Assembly: GCA_017500905.1 (NCBI GenBank)
Contig: JAFVXX010000057.1
Span: forward strand, 1-11,981
DNA: 11,981 bases
Reading direction: 5' to 3'
DNA from: Clostridia bacterium
Lineage (GTDB): Bacteria > Bacillota > Clostridia > Christensenellales > CAG-314
Below, piece after piece: positions 1 to 7,469 of the stretch (position 1 is its first letter; each line of letters begins with the position of its first letter). Made by a program: the position numbers and the translations under genes. Under the pieces are notes generated by a model. That model was not told the DNA's origin. It was given only the letters and a program-made list of their open reading frames with translations, and made no database searches.

Positions 1-18
1 GGTGGGGACATTAGACAA
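1..18 (+). repeat. GGTGGGG-ac-ATTAGACAA composite motif at the window edge (TTGTCTAAT in reverse complement)
   Basis: Same two words as 2431..2449 (GGTGGGG-tagcg-TTGTCTAAT) and 111..127 (TTGTCTAA-ga-GGGGGGG). The 8-mer TTGTCTAA occurs 3 times, each next to a G-run. Confidence 0.55.
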
Positions 19-73
19 AAAATGACACTTATTGTGACATATGGGGGTGCAATTTGTCAAAATAGTGTTGCAA

Positions 74-81
74 GGGGGGGG
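74..81 (+). repeat. Homopolymeric G8 tract
   Basis: Eight consecutive G in non-coding DNA, forming the loop of a small inverted repeat GTTGC...GCAAC (67..85). No run longer than 5 occurs elsewhere in the window. Confidence 0.9.
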
Positions 82-120
82 CAACGAGGGGGTGTTTTTT
101 AGATGCAACCTTGTCTAAGA

Positions 121-127
121 GGGGGGG
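121..127 (+). repeat. Homopolymeric G7 tract adjacent to TTGTCTAA
   Basis: Seven consecutive G, 2 nt after TTGTCTAA (111..118). Confidence 0.9.
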
Positions 128-293
128 TAACTACAGCTAACCCTGATACAAAACACGCCCTACATATACAAGTCAAGCCACCGGTCGCCTGCTGTAAAAT
201 TGCATCATAGCCAAAGACACACAACACATGGGAAAGAGGCTTCACCAGACAGCCTTTTGCTAAATTGCAGGACAAAACACAACAAAAAACACT

Positions 294-331
294 AAAATTG
301 CCTAAAAATCGACCAATGGTACCCCATCAAT
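294..331 (+). repeat. Direct repeat copy A (AAAATTGCCTAAAAAT-CGACCAATGGTACCCCATCAAT)
   Basis: The 17-bp core AATGGTACCCCATCAAT (315..331) is identical to 613..629; the flanks are also similar. Confidence 0.7.
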
Positions 332-532
332 GCGCCATTTCAACAAAATTTTACAAACAAAAACTCCATTTCAAAAAAACACAATTGACACCTGTTGCCA
401 CAAACATTGTCAGCATTTGCAAAAGCTATATACAACATTGCACAACAATTGCATCGTAGCAAGCAGGGCGCACTATTCAATACAAAGCAGCACGGTCGCC
501 GTCTACAAATTGCTTGCAAGAGGCCTGTAGCA

Positions 533-571
533 CAAAAAAGTGGCGCTTATGCAAATACTGCAAAAAGCGCC
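533..571 (-). terminator. Candidate intrinsic terminator downstream of parB
   Basis: Minus strand reads GGCGCTT...(16-nt loop with an internal TGCA/TGCA pair)...AAGCGCC then ACTTTTTTG; about 70 nt after the parB stop. Confidence 0.45.
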
Positions 572-582
572 AAAACAGCATA

Positions 583-629
583 AAAATTGCTAAAAATTAT
601 AAAAAAACGACTAATGGTACCCCATCAAT
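583..629 (+). repeat. Direct repeat copy B (AAAATTGCTAAAAAT-tataaaaaaa-CGACTAATGGTACCCCATCAAT)
   Basis: Copy B carries a 10-nt A-rich insertion and two substitutions relative to copy A; it ends 11 nt from the parB stop codon. Confidence 0.7.
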
Positions 630-640
630 CGTTGTTTTAC

Positions 641-1558
641 TTAGTTTTCTTCTTCGGTAAACTTAACCTTCATCCAATCGTCAACCAATGCACAAATACG
701 ATCCAAATCGTCCTTTGTGAAGTAATCCACGTAGATGCGTCCCTTGTTGCCGTTGCCCACAGCCGAAACCTTGGTTGCAAAAGCACGCTGCATGTTGTTG
801 ACAAGCTCCTCAAGCTCCAGACTGCGCTCAGTGTTGACAGGCTTTTTGGGTTTTGGATTGAGGTAGTCCTTTACAGCCTTTTCCATTTCTCTTACGTTCA
901 TTTGGTTGTCGCACGCCTTAAGTGCAAGCTTGTACTGCTGTTGCTTGTCGGCAACTACAACCAACGTGCGTGCGTGGCCTGCCGAAAGTCTACCCTTTTC
1001 GATTAGCTCAATTACACCCTCGTCCAACGTCAACAAACGCAAGGTGTTGGCAATTGCCGAGCGACTTTTGCCAATTCGGTCTGCAGCCATCTCTTGAGTC
1101 ATATTAAACTCGGTCATAAGCGTTTTGATTGCACGTCCTGCTTCAATTGGGTTCAAATCCTCACGTTGCAGGTTTTCAATAAGGCTAATTTCCTTTATTT
1201 GTTGTGGGGTGTAGTGTTTGATTACGGCAGGAATTTGCGTTTTGCCGGCCAGCTTGGACGCTCTAAAACGACGCTCGCCGGCAATAATCATAAAGCGCTT
1301 GCCAATGGGCGTTACAACAATTGGCTGAATTACTCCGTGCGTTGCAATGCTTTGTGCAAGCTCGGCCAAAGCCGTTTCGTCAAACGTTTTGCGTGGTTGC
1401 TCGTAGTTGGGGTCGATATCTGCAATGGAAAGCAAAATTTCGGCACCCTCCTTGCCTGCCGTGTCGGTTGTAGGGGTGGTCGGCTTGACAAGCTCGTCCA
1501 CGTCGTTTAATCCAAGAAGCGATGCGTATCCACGTCCAAGTCCTTTGTTTCCTGCCAT
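641..1558 (-). CDS. parB: Chromosome partitioning protein ParB/Spo0J (305 aa)
   Basis: N-terminal GLGRGYASLLG box; GERRFRAS (ParB box II); central HTH region; ATG at 1558 preceded by GAGAGG RBS; immediately downstream of parA on the same strand. Confidence 0.9.
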   Translation of the reverse strand: MAGNKGLGRGYASLLGLNDVDELVKPTTPTTDTAGKEGAEILLSIADIDPNYEQPRKTFDETALAELAQSIATHGVIQPIVVTPIGKRFMIIAGERRFRASKLAGKTQIPAVIKHYTPQQIKEISLIENLQREDLNPIEAGRAIKTLMTEFNMTQEMAADRIGKSRSAIANTLRLLTLDEGVIELIEKGRLSAGHARTLVVVADKQQQYKLALKACDNQMNVREMEKAVKDYLNPKPKKPVNTERSLELEELVNNMQRAFATKVSAVGNGNKGRIYVDYFTKDDLDRICALVDDWMKVKFTEEEN

Positions 1559-1573
1559 AGTAAATTTCCTCTC

Positions 1574-1602
1574 AATTAGTAATTAGTGGGGGTACGTACC
1601 CC
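1574..1602. promoter_or_regulatory. Operator-like element upstream of parB: tandem AATTAGT x2 followed by the 14-bp perfect palindrome GGGGTACGTACCCC (1589..1602)
   Basis: Seen directly in the sequence; lies 24..45 nt upstream of the parB ATG in the 65-bp parA-parB spacer. Closely parallels the element upstream of parA. Confidence 0.5.
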
Positions 1603-1623
1603 AAAAAAGTGGTTAAAATGTAA

Positions 1624-2394
1624 TTAAAGTGCGTTTTCTCTTTGCAAAAATTGCTTTGCAAGAGCCTCGTACGAAGCAGCACCAGTGCTTTTTGGTGCAT
1701 GCAAAACAACGGGCACACCAAAGCTTGGCGACTCAACAAGCTTGATGTTGCGAGGCACCGGCACGGTGTAAACCTTGTCGCCAAAGTACTTGTAAATTTC
1801 GGCAGTAACCTGCTTAGACATGGTTGTGCGATTGTCGTACATTGTCAAAATTACGCCATTGATGGTAAGCGCAGGGTTGAGCCTTTGCTTTACAATTTTG
1901 ATGGTGTTGACAAGCTGGCTGAGCCCTTCCAATGCAAAAAACTCGCTTTGGATAGGAATAATCACGCTGTCGCTTGCAACAAGTGCGTTTAGCGTAAGCA
2001 ATCCAAGGCTGGGTGGACAATCGACAAAAATAAAGTCGTAGTTGCCTTTAATTGGGTCAATTGCACGCTTTAGACTGCTTTCCCTTGCAAGCATAGAAAC
2101 AAGGTCTACCTCGGCTGCTGCAAGGTCCATATTGCAGGGCAAAATGTCAAGATTTTCCACCATTGTAGGCACGATAACCTCCAAAGGAGAGCACTCGCCC
2201 ATCAGCACATCGTAGCAGTTTTTGACAAGTTGGTTTTTTTCTACACCAAATCCGCTGGTAGCATTTCCTTGAGGGTCAAAGTCCACCAAAAGCACCTTTT
2301 TGCCGGCTTTGGCAACGTAGGTTGCAAGGTTGATGGCAGACGTAGTTTTGCCTACGCCGCCCTTTTGATTAGAAAAAGAAATAATTTTTCCCAT
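1624..2394 (-). CDS. parA: Chromosome partitioning ATPase ParA/Soj (256 aa from the second ATG)
   Basis: Deviant Walker A KGGVGKTT near the N-terminus. The ORF-track start at 2406 has no RBS; the ATG at 2394 (MGKIISF) has GGAG 6 nt upstream, so 2394 is preferred. Confidence 0.9.
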   Translation of the reverse strand: MGKIISFSNQKGGVGKTTSAINLATYVAKAGKKVLLVDFDPQGNATSGFGVEKNQLVKNCYDVLMGECSPLEVIVPTMVENLDILPCNMDLAAAEVDLVSMLARESSLKRAIDPIKGNYDFIFVDCPPSLGLLTLNALVASDSVIIPIQSEFFALEGLSQLVNTIKIVKQRLNPALTINGVILTMYDNRTTMSKQVTAEIYKYFGDKVYTVPVPRNIKLVESPSFGVPVVLHAPKSTGAASYEALAKQFLQRENAL

Positions 2395-2415
2395 AGTTTT
2401 CTCCAAAAAATTACA

Positions 2416-2438
2416 AATTGGTACAATTGGTGGGGTAG
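2416..2438. promoter_or_regulatory. Operator-like element upstream of parA: AATTGGT-ac-AATTGGT-GGGGTA
   Basis: Tandem AATTGGT (2416..2422 and 2425..2431) followed by GGGGTA; 22..43 nt upstream of the parA ATG. Same architecture as the parB-upstream element. Confidence 0.5.
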
Positions 2439-2444
2439 CGTTGT

Positions 2445-3503
2445 CTAATTAGAGCCACCCGGTGTTGTAGGGATGATTACGCTGGACGAATCGCCGGTAA
2501 CAACGTTTGGCAATTTGCCATCCCACTTAGCAAGATACTCAATATATTGCAGGTAATCGGTAATAAGCTTAATTTCGTCGGCAGACTTGCCATCAAAGTT
2601 GATGGTGTACTCTATGCTTTCAGCGCCATCCTCGTCGGTTACAACCTTTTCGTCGATGGTAAAGCCCAGCGCACGTGCAACCTCGATAGCTTTAATTTTT
2701 ATTGCCTTTGCTTCGGCATTGGCAATTTCTATTTGAGATTGAGCATCAGCCTTGGCTTGCTCTATTTTTGCTTGGGCAGCAAGCTTGGCAACCTCAAGCT
2801 CCTTTTCGGCATTGACAATGGCCGTTTGCTTTTCGTACTCTGCCTTAAGCTTTTCTTGCTCGGCAATCATTTTGTCCTCTACCGTTTGCTCAAAAGCGCT
2901 GGAAAAATCGATGTTTGTCAAAACTACTGCCACAATGTTGACACAGTACTCCTCGTCGACTGCCATTTTGATTACGTTTTCTACCTCAGGCGAAACGGAC
3001 GAGCGAGTCTCAATGATGGTCATTGCCGAATAAGACGACAACGTTGACTTGGTCTTTTCCACAGCAATGCTTGCCAGACGGTTTTCAATGATGCTAACCG
3101 ATCCGTATTGCCTTGCAATTTCGATGGCTTTGGTTTGGTCAATTTGGTACTGAACAATCATTACAACGTCCATTGTTTGCGCATCCTTAGAGTAAGACAT
3201 TGTCTTGATTTCAAGGTTTTGCACCTTTGCGTCGTAAATTTCGTACTTTTCGGTAATCCAAAAGTCAAAGTAGGTTCCTGCAGTGCGAACCTTTGTTGCC
3301 TCACCAAGGTGCTTTACAACGGCAATTTCGCCCGTTTGAATGGTCCTGATGCTTGCAGGCACGGTAATTAGTGCCAAAACACCAACGCAAGCAACAGCAA
3401 TACCCACAATCTTTGTTGTTTTGTCCTTTTTTGCTTTCAAAACAAGCAATACTCCTACAGCAACAACTGCCAAAAACAATATCACAAAGAATCCTGCTAT
3501 CAT
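2445..3503 (-). CDS. SPFH/band-7 (flotillin/YqiK-like) membrane protein (352 aa)
   Basis: N-terminal TM helix (IAGFFVILFLAVVAVGVLLVL); SPFH-like core (IRTIQTGEIAVV...); long Ala/Glu/Lys/Gln coiled-coil (AEQEKLKAEYEKQTAIVNAEKELEVAKLAAQAKIEQAKADAQ); unassigned about 70-aa C-terminal domain. Start 3503 chosen for its GGAGG RBS (3510..3514); the ORF-track start at 3542 lacks one. Confidence 0.75.
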   Translation of the reverse strand: MIAGFFVILFLAVVAVGVLLVLKAKKDKTTKIVGIAVACVGVLALITVPASIRTIQTGEIAVVKHLGEATKVRTAGTYFDFWITEKYEIYDAKVQNLEIKTMSYSKDAQTMDVVMIVQYQIDQTKAIEIARQYGSVSIIENRLASIAVEKTKSTLSSYSAMTIIETRSSVSPEVENVIKMAVDEEYCVNIVAVVLTNIDFSSAFEQTVEDKMIAEQEKLKAEYEKQTAIVNAEKELEVAKLAAQAKIEQAKADAQSQIEIANAEAKAIKIKAIEVARALGFTIDEKVVTDEDGAESIEYTINFDGKSADEIKLITDYLQYIEYLAKWDGKLPNVVTGDSSSVIIPTTPGGSN

Positions 3504-3532
3504 AGTTAGCCTCCAAAATAACTCTACTATAT

Positions 3533-3561
3533 AATATAACACAGGCGCAGGGTAATTTCAA
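3533..3561 (-). promoter_or_regulatory. Promoter of the SPFH gene: -35 TTGAAA (3561..3556), 17 nt, extended -10 TGnTATATT (3541..3533)
   Basis: Minus-strand hexamers with a TG at -15/-14; the TSS would lie about 20 nt upstream of the GGAGG RBS. Confidence 0.55.
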
Positions 3562-3595
3562 TAGTAAAATCCAAATTTGCGCCAAATAAACTTTG

Positions 3596-4273
3596 TTACA
3601 ATGGGTTTTTGCGTGGCTGATTTTGCCCACGGGGAAACTTTGGTGGGGTTGGCGTTACCTTTGTGAGCTCCAGCACGCACCTGCTTGCGCCCTCCAGATC
3701 AAAGTGATGGGCACGTTTTACCCTAAGCCCCAACGTTTTGATGGCATTTTGGGCTGATTGCAGCTCGGCTTCGTCCGTTTTGTAAGCCAAAATGGTTCCT
3801 CCCACCTTTACAAGTGGTGCAAGATACTCCAACAGCACGTTGAGCGGGGCTACTGCACGGGCGACTGCCACGTCAAACCTTTGACGGTTGCCCTTTGCAA
3901 AGTCTTCGGCCCTGCTGTGCACGGCATTTAGCTTAATATCAAGCAACGCCCCCACCTCTACCAAAAAGTTGACACGCTTGTTTAGGCTGTCAACCATGGT
4001 GACGTCAAGGTCGCTTCGCAAAATTTTTAGTGGTACGGAGGGGAATCCTGCCCCTGCGCCCACGTCACACACCGTGGCTCCCTCCTTGATGAAGGTTGCT
4101 CCCAGCATGCTGTCCACAAAGTGCTTTACGTACACCTCGTCGTGCTGTGTGATGGCTGTAAGATTAAACTTTTCGTTGGTTTGCACCAAATAGTTGTAGT
4201 ATTGATCAAATTGCTGCAGCTGCTTGTCAGTCAAGCAAAACCCATACTTGGCAAATATTTGTTGTGCACTCAT
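3596..4273 (-). CDS. rsmG: 16S rRNA (guanine527-N7)-methyltransferase RsmG/GidB (225 aa)
   Basis: SAM-binding motif VCDVGAGAGFPSVPL; Pro/Lys-rich C-terminal tail typical of Gram-positive GidB; ATGA start/stop overlap with mnmG; GGAG RBS 7 nt upstream. Confidence 0.9.
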   Translation of the reverse strand: MSAQQIFAKYGFCLTDKQLQQFDQYYNYLVQTNEKFNLTAITQHDEVYVKHFVDSMLGATFIKEGATVCDVGAGAGFPSVPLKILRSDLDVTMVDSLNKRVNFLVEVGALLDIKLNAVHSRAEDFAKGNRQRFDVAVARAVAPLNVLLEYLAPLVKVGGTILAYKTDEAELQSAQNAIKTLGLRVKRAHHFDLEGASRCVLELTKVTPTPPKFPRGQNQPRKNPL

Positions 4274-6126
4274 TTGCTTCTCCTTTGTGCAAGGTAGACA
4301 ATCAAAATTTGCACGTCTGCCGGCGACACCCCCGATATACGGCTGGCTTGACCAAGATTTTTGGGCTTGATTTTGTTAAGCTTTTGTCGTGCTTCGATAC
4401 GCAGCCCGTCAATTTGCATATAGTCAACGTCTTCCGGCAACAGCTTGTCCTCCAGCTTGCGTGCGTTTTCTATCAACACAAGCTGCTTTTCGATGTAACC
4501 CTGATACTTTGCATTTATTTCAATTTGCTCCATCACGTCGTCGCCAAATTCGCAAAACAAATTTAGGTGCTTTTGTAGCAGCTTGTAGGTGACGTTGTTG
4601 CGCTTAAACAGGTCGTTGACCGACAAGCCTGCCTTTGGCATAGGCTCGCCAATTTCCTCAAACATTTGCTCCAAAAGACGGGGAGCGTACACCTTTTTTA
4701 GCAGCTTTTGCGCCTCTTGTATTTGATTTAGCTTGTCTAAATACTTGTTGTAGCGAACATCGTCCACAAGCCCTACGTCCCGTCCAAGTTGAGTAAGGCG
4801 AAGGTCGGCATTGTCCTGTCTAAGCAGCAGGCGATGCTCGGCACGGCTGGTCATCATACGATACGGCTCGAAGCTTTCCTTGGTGGTGATGTCTTCAATC
4901 AACACGCCAATGTAGCTGTTGTCACGGTTAAGGATAAACGGCTCCTTGCCATTTATCCACCTTTCTGCGTTGATACCTGCCACAAGCCCTTGGCCTGCAG
5001 CCTCCTCGTAGCCACTTGTGCCGTTGATTTGTCCCGCAAAAAACAATCCCGGCAGCTTTTTGGACATAAGCGTCAAATCCAACTCGGTTGCGTCAATGCA
5101 GTCGTATTCGATGGCATAGGCGTCACGCATAATTTCAACGTTTTCCAGCCCCAAAATGGAGTGATATATTTGCTCTTGCACGTGGGCAGGCATACTGCTG
5201 GATGCGCCCTGTACGTAGTATTCGTTGGTAAATTCGCCCTCGGGCTCCAAAAAGAGCTGATGTCTTTCCTTGTCGGAAAAGCGTACAACCTTGTCCTCGA
5301 TGGATGGGCAGTATCTTGGTCCTACACCGTCAATAGAGCCATTAAAAATGGGTGCAAGCGCTTTGTTTTGTAAAATAATTTCTTTGGTTTGCTCGGTGGA
5401 GTAGGTCAGGTAGCAGCTACGCTTTTCTCCGTCAATTTTGTCGGTAAGCTGCGAAAACGGCCTGCTGCCCTCCTCGCCCTTTTGCTCAATCATCTTGTCA
5501 AAATCCACGCTTGCCATCTTTACACGGGCAGGGGTGCCTGTTTTGAAGCGGCGCACGGTAAATCCAAGGTCGACAATGCTTTGCGTAAGCCTTTTAGCGT
5601 TTAAAAATCCGTTTGGACCACTGTCTTGGCTGTGAGTGCCCACAATACAACGGCTGTTTAGATAGACGCCACAGCATAAAATTACTGCCTTGGCGCTGTA
5701 GGTCAGACCTACGGCTGTTTGCACAACGTAGCCGCCATTTTCGCCCACAACAACGCTTACAACCTCGCCTTGACGCACTGTAAGGTTAGTTGTTGCCTCC
5801 AGCGTGTTTTTCATATTTTGATGGTAGGCATGCTTGTCAACCTGCGCTCTTGGCGAATACACAGCCGGGCCCTTGCCCTTGTTTAGCATCCGCATTTGAA
5901 GCAGGCTTTTGTCGGCATTTATACCCATTTGACCGCCCAACGCATCAATTTCCTTTACCATTTGGCCTTTAGCCGTGCCGCCAATGCTGGGGTTGCACGC
6001 CAAAAAACCAACGGTGTCAAGGCTGGTGGCAAAAATGATTGTATTTAGATTGAGTCTTGCTGCTGCAAGTGCTGCCTCACATCCTGCGTGGCCTGCACCT
6101 ACAACAACTACGTCGTAGTTTTTCAT
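4270..6126 (-). CDS. mnmG: tRNA uridine 5-carboxymethylaminomethyl modification enzyme MnmG/GidA (618 aa)
   Basis: N-terminal FAD-binding fold YDVVVVGAGHAGCEAA; full-length collinear similarity to GidA; TAATATG junction with the mnmE stop; AGGAAAG RBS. Confidence 0.95.
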   Translation of the reverse strand: MKNYDVVVVGAGHAGCEAALAAARLNLNTIIFATSLDTVGFLACNPSIGGTAKGQMVKEIDALGGQMGINADKSLLQMRMLNKGKGPAVYSPRAQVDKHAYHQNMKNTLEATTNLTVRQGEVVSVVVGENGGYVVQTAVGLTYSAKAVILCCGVYLNSRCIVGTHSQDSGPNGFLNAKRLTQSIVDLGFTVRRFKTGTPARVKMASVDFDKMIEQKGEEGSRPFSQLTDKIDGEKRSCYLTYSTEQTKEIILQNKALAPIFNGSIDGVGPRYCPSIEDKVVRFSDKERHQLFLEPEGEFTNEYYVQGASSSMPAHVQEQIYHSILGLENVEIMRDAYAIEYDCIDATELDLTLMSKKLPGLFFAGQINGTSGYEEAAGQGLVAGINAERWINGKEPFILNRDNSYIGVLIEDITTKESFEPYRMMTSRAEHRLLLRQDNADLRLTQLGRDVGLVDDVRYNKYLDKLNQIQEAQKLLKKVYAPRLLEQMFEEIGEPMPKAGLSVNDLFKRNNVTYKLLQKHLNLFCEFGDDVMEQIEINAKYQGYIEKQLVLIENARKLEDKLLPEDVDYMQIDGLRIEARQKLNKIKPKNLGQASRISGVSPADVQILIVYLAQRRSK

Positions 6127-6127
6127 A

Positions 6128-7429
6128 TTACTTTCCTAAACAAAACTTGCTGTAAATTCGATTGATAATTTCCTCGCTTGCGCTGGTTCCCGTCACTTCT
6201 CCAAGGTAATCCCACGCCTCCTTAAGCTTTACTGCAACGCAATCCAAGGTGTCACACAGACTGCTTTGATATGCTTCCTCCAATGCACCCTTTGCCTTTT
6301 GTAGGCAATCAACGTGGCGTGCGTTTGTAAGTATTACCTGAGACAAATCTATTTGTCCTACACTAAACATATCGTAAATTTTTTGCTTAAGCCTTTCTAC
6401 GCCTTGATTGTACTTGGCGCTGATGGCAATTTGGCTGTCAGTTTCCTCAACAGGGGTGGTGTAGGTGTCGCATTTGTTGAAAACCTTTACTACCTTGGTG
6501 TTGCACTTAAAGCTTTCAGTGTTGTATTGGTCGTCTACAACAAACAGCACAACGTCGGCTTGCTCGATGGCCTTGTTGGCACGCTTGATACCCTCGGCCT
6601 CGATGGGATTGCTTGTTTCCCTGATGCCTGCTGTGTCTACAAAGTTAAATTTTACGTCCTTGTACACAATCGTTTCGGTCAATACGTCACGTGTTGTGCC
6701 GGCAATATCCGACACTATTGCACGATCGGTATTTAAAAAAGCATTCAATAGACTGCTTTTGCCTACGTTTGGCTCGCCAATGATGGCAACGTTGATGCCG
6801 TATTTAAGTATTTTACCCTCCTGCACGGTGGCAAGCAGCTTGTCAATTTTGTCGATGCTTTGCTGCAGCCTGACTTGAGTTTGTTGCAGAGTTGGAAGCT
6901 CCAAATCCTCCTCGGGGTAATCCAACGCAACCTCTGTTTGACCAATTACGTCGGTAAGCTCGTCCTGTATGGCAACGGTGGTTGATCCAAGCTTGTTTTC
7001 AAGCAGGTTGACGCCCGCCCTTACACAAGCGTTTGTTTCGGCATCAATCATTTCTATTATGCCCTCGGCATTTGTTAGGTTTTGCTTGCCATTGATGAAG
7101 GCACGCTTGCTAAACTCGCCGTTTTGAGCCATCCTTGCACCGTTTTTTAAGCAGGTTTCAATTACTGCGCTGGAAATAGCAACGCCCCCGTGGCAATGAA
7201 ACTCCACCATGTCCTCGCCCGTGTAGGAGTGGGGTGCATTAAAATACACGCACATTGCTTGCTCGTCAAAGCTTTGCGTGCTTAGCCTACCCACCTTAAG
7301 CAGATTGGCTGCCTTGGGAAAGGGCTTAAAAAACTTTTGTGCAATTTGTATGCAGTTGTCGCCACTCATACGAATTACGGCAACTGCGCTTCTACCAACA
7401 GGGGTAGACAAAGCAACTATGGCTTCCAT
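6128..7429 (-). CDS. mnmE: tRNA modification GTPase MnmE/TrmE (433 aa)
   Basis: N-terminus MEAIVALSTPVGRSAVAVIRMSG matches the MnmE N-terminal domain; G1 motif GEPNVGKSSLLN; C-terminal CxGK (CLGK). ATG at 7429 with AAGGAG 4 nt upstream is preferred over the TTG at 7447 used by the ORF track. Confidence 0.9.
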   Translation of the reverse strand: MEAIVALSTPVGRSAVAVIRMSGDNCIQIAQKFFKPFPKAANLLKVGRLSTQSFDEQAMCVYFNAPHSYTGEDMVEFHCHGGVAISSAVIETCLKNGARMAQNGEFSKRAFINGKQNLTNAEGIIEMIDAETNACVRAGVNLLENKLGSTTVAIQDELTDVIGQTEVALDYPEEDLELPTLQQTQVRLQQSIDKIDKLLATVQEGKILKYGINVAIIGEPNVGKSSLLNAFLNTDRAIVSDIAGTTRDVLTETIVYKDVKFNFVDTAGIRETSNPIEAEGIKRANKAIEQADVVLFVVDDQYNTESFKCNTKVVKVFNKCDTYTTPVEETDSQIAISAKYNQGVERLKQKIYDMFSVGQIDLSQVILTNARHVDCLQKAKGALEEAYQSSLCDTLDCVAVKLKEAWDYLGEVTGTSASEEIINRIYSKFCLGK

Positions 7430-7445
7430 AAAACTCCTTGTAAAC

Positions 7446-7469
7446 AAAAACCCTGCTTTGTTGGCAGGG
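7446..7469 (-). terminator. Intrinsic terminator or attenuator between khpB/jag and mnmE
   Basis: Minus strand reads CCCTGC-caacaaa-GCAGGG then TTTTTGTTT, 14 nt after the jag stop; the mnmE RBS (AAGGAG) follows immediately. Confidence 0.55.

Noticed and set aside
265-583. Three overlapping plus-strand ORFs (62-66 aa) in all three frames
   Set aside because: They arise from A/C-rich low-complexity sequence (Gln/Lys/Thr-rich translations), lack an RBS, and mutually overlap. The region is non-coding.
1151-1161. GGTTCAAATCC, identical to a tRNA T-loop consensus
   Set aside because: It lies inside the parB coding region. No acceptor or anticodon stems can be built around it.
587-1510. Plus-strand ORFs 587..1006 and 1094..1510 (139 and 138 aa)
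   Set aside because: They lie entirely antisense to the well-supported parB CDS, have no RBS, and their translations are Leu/Val/Cys-rich. These are shadow ORFs.
2547-3371. Several plus-strand ORFs (166, 93, 87 aa) opposite the SPFH gene
   Set aside because: They are antisense to a CDS supported by RBS, promoter and domain evidence, and are Leu/Phe/Cys-rich translations of the G-poor strand.
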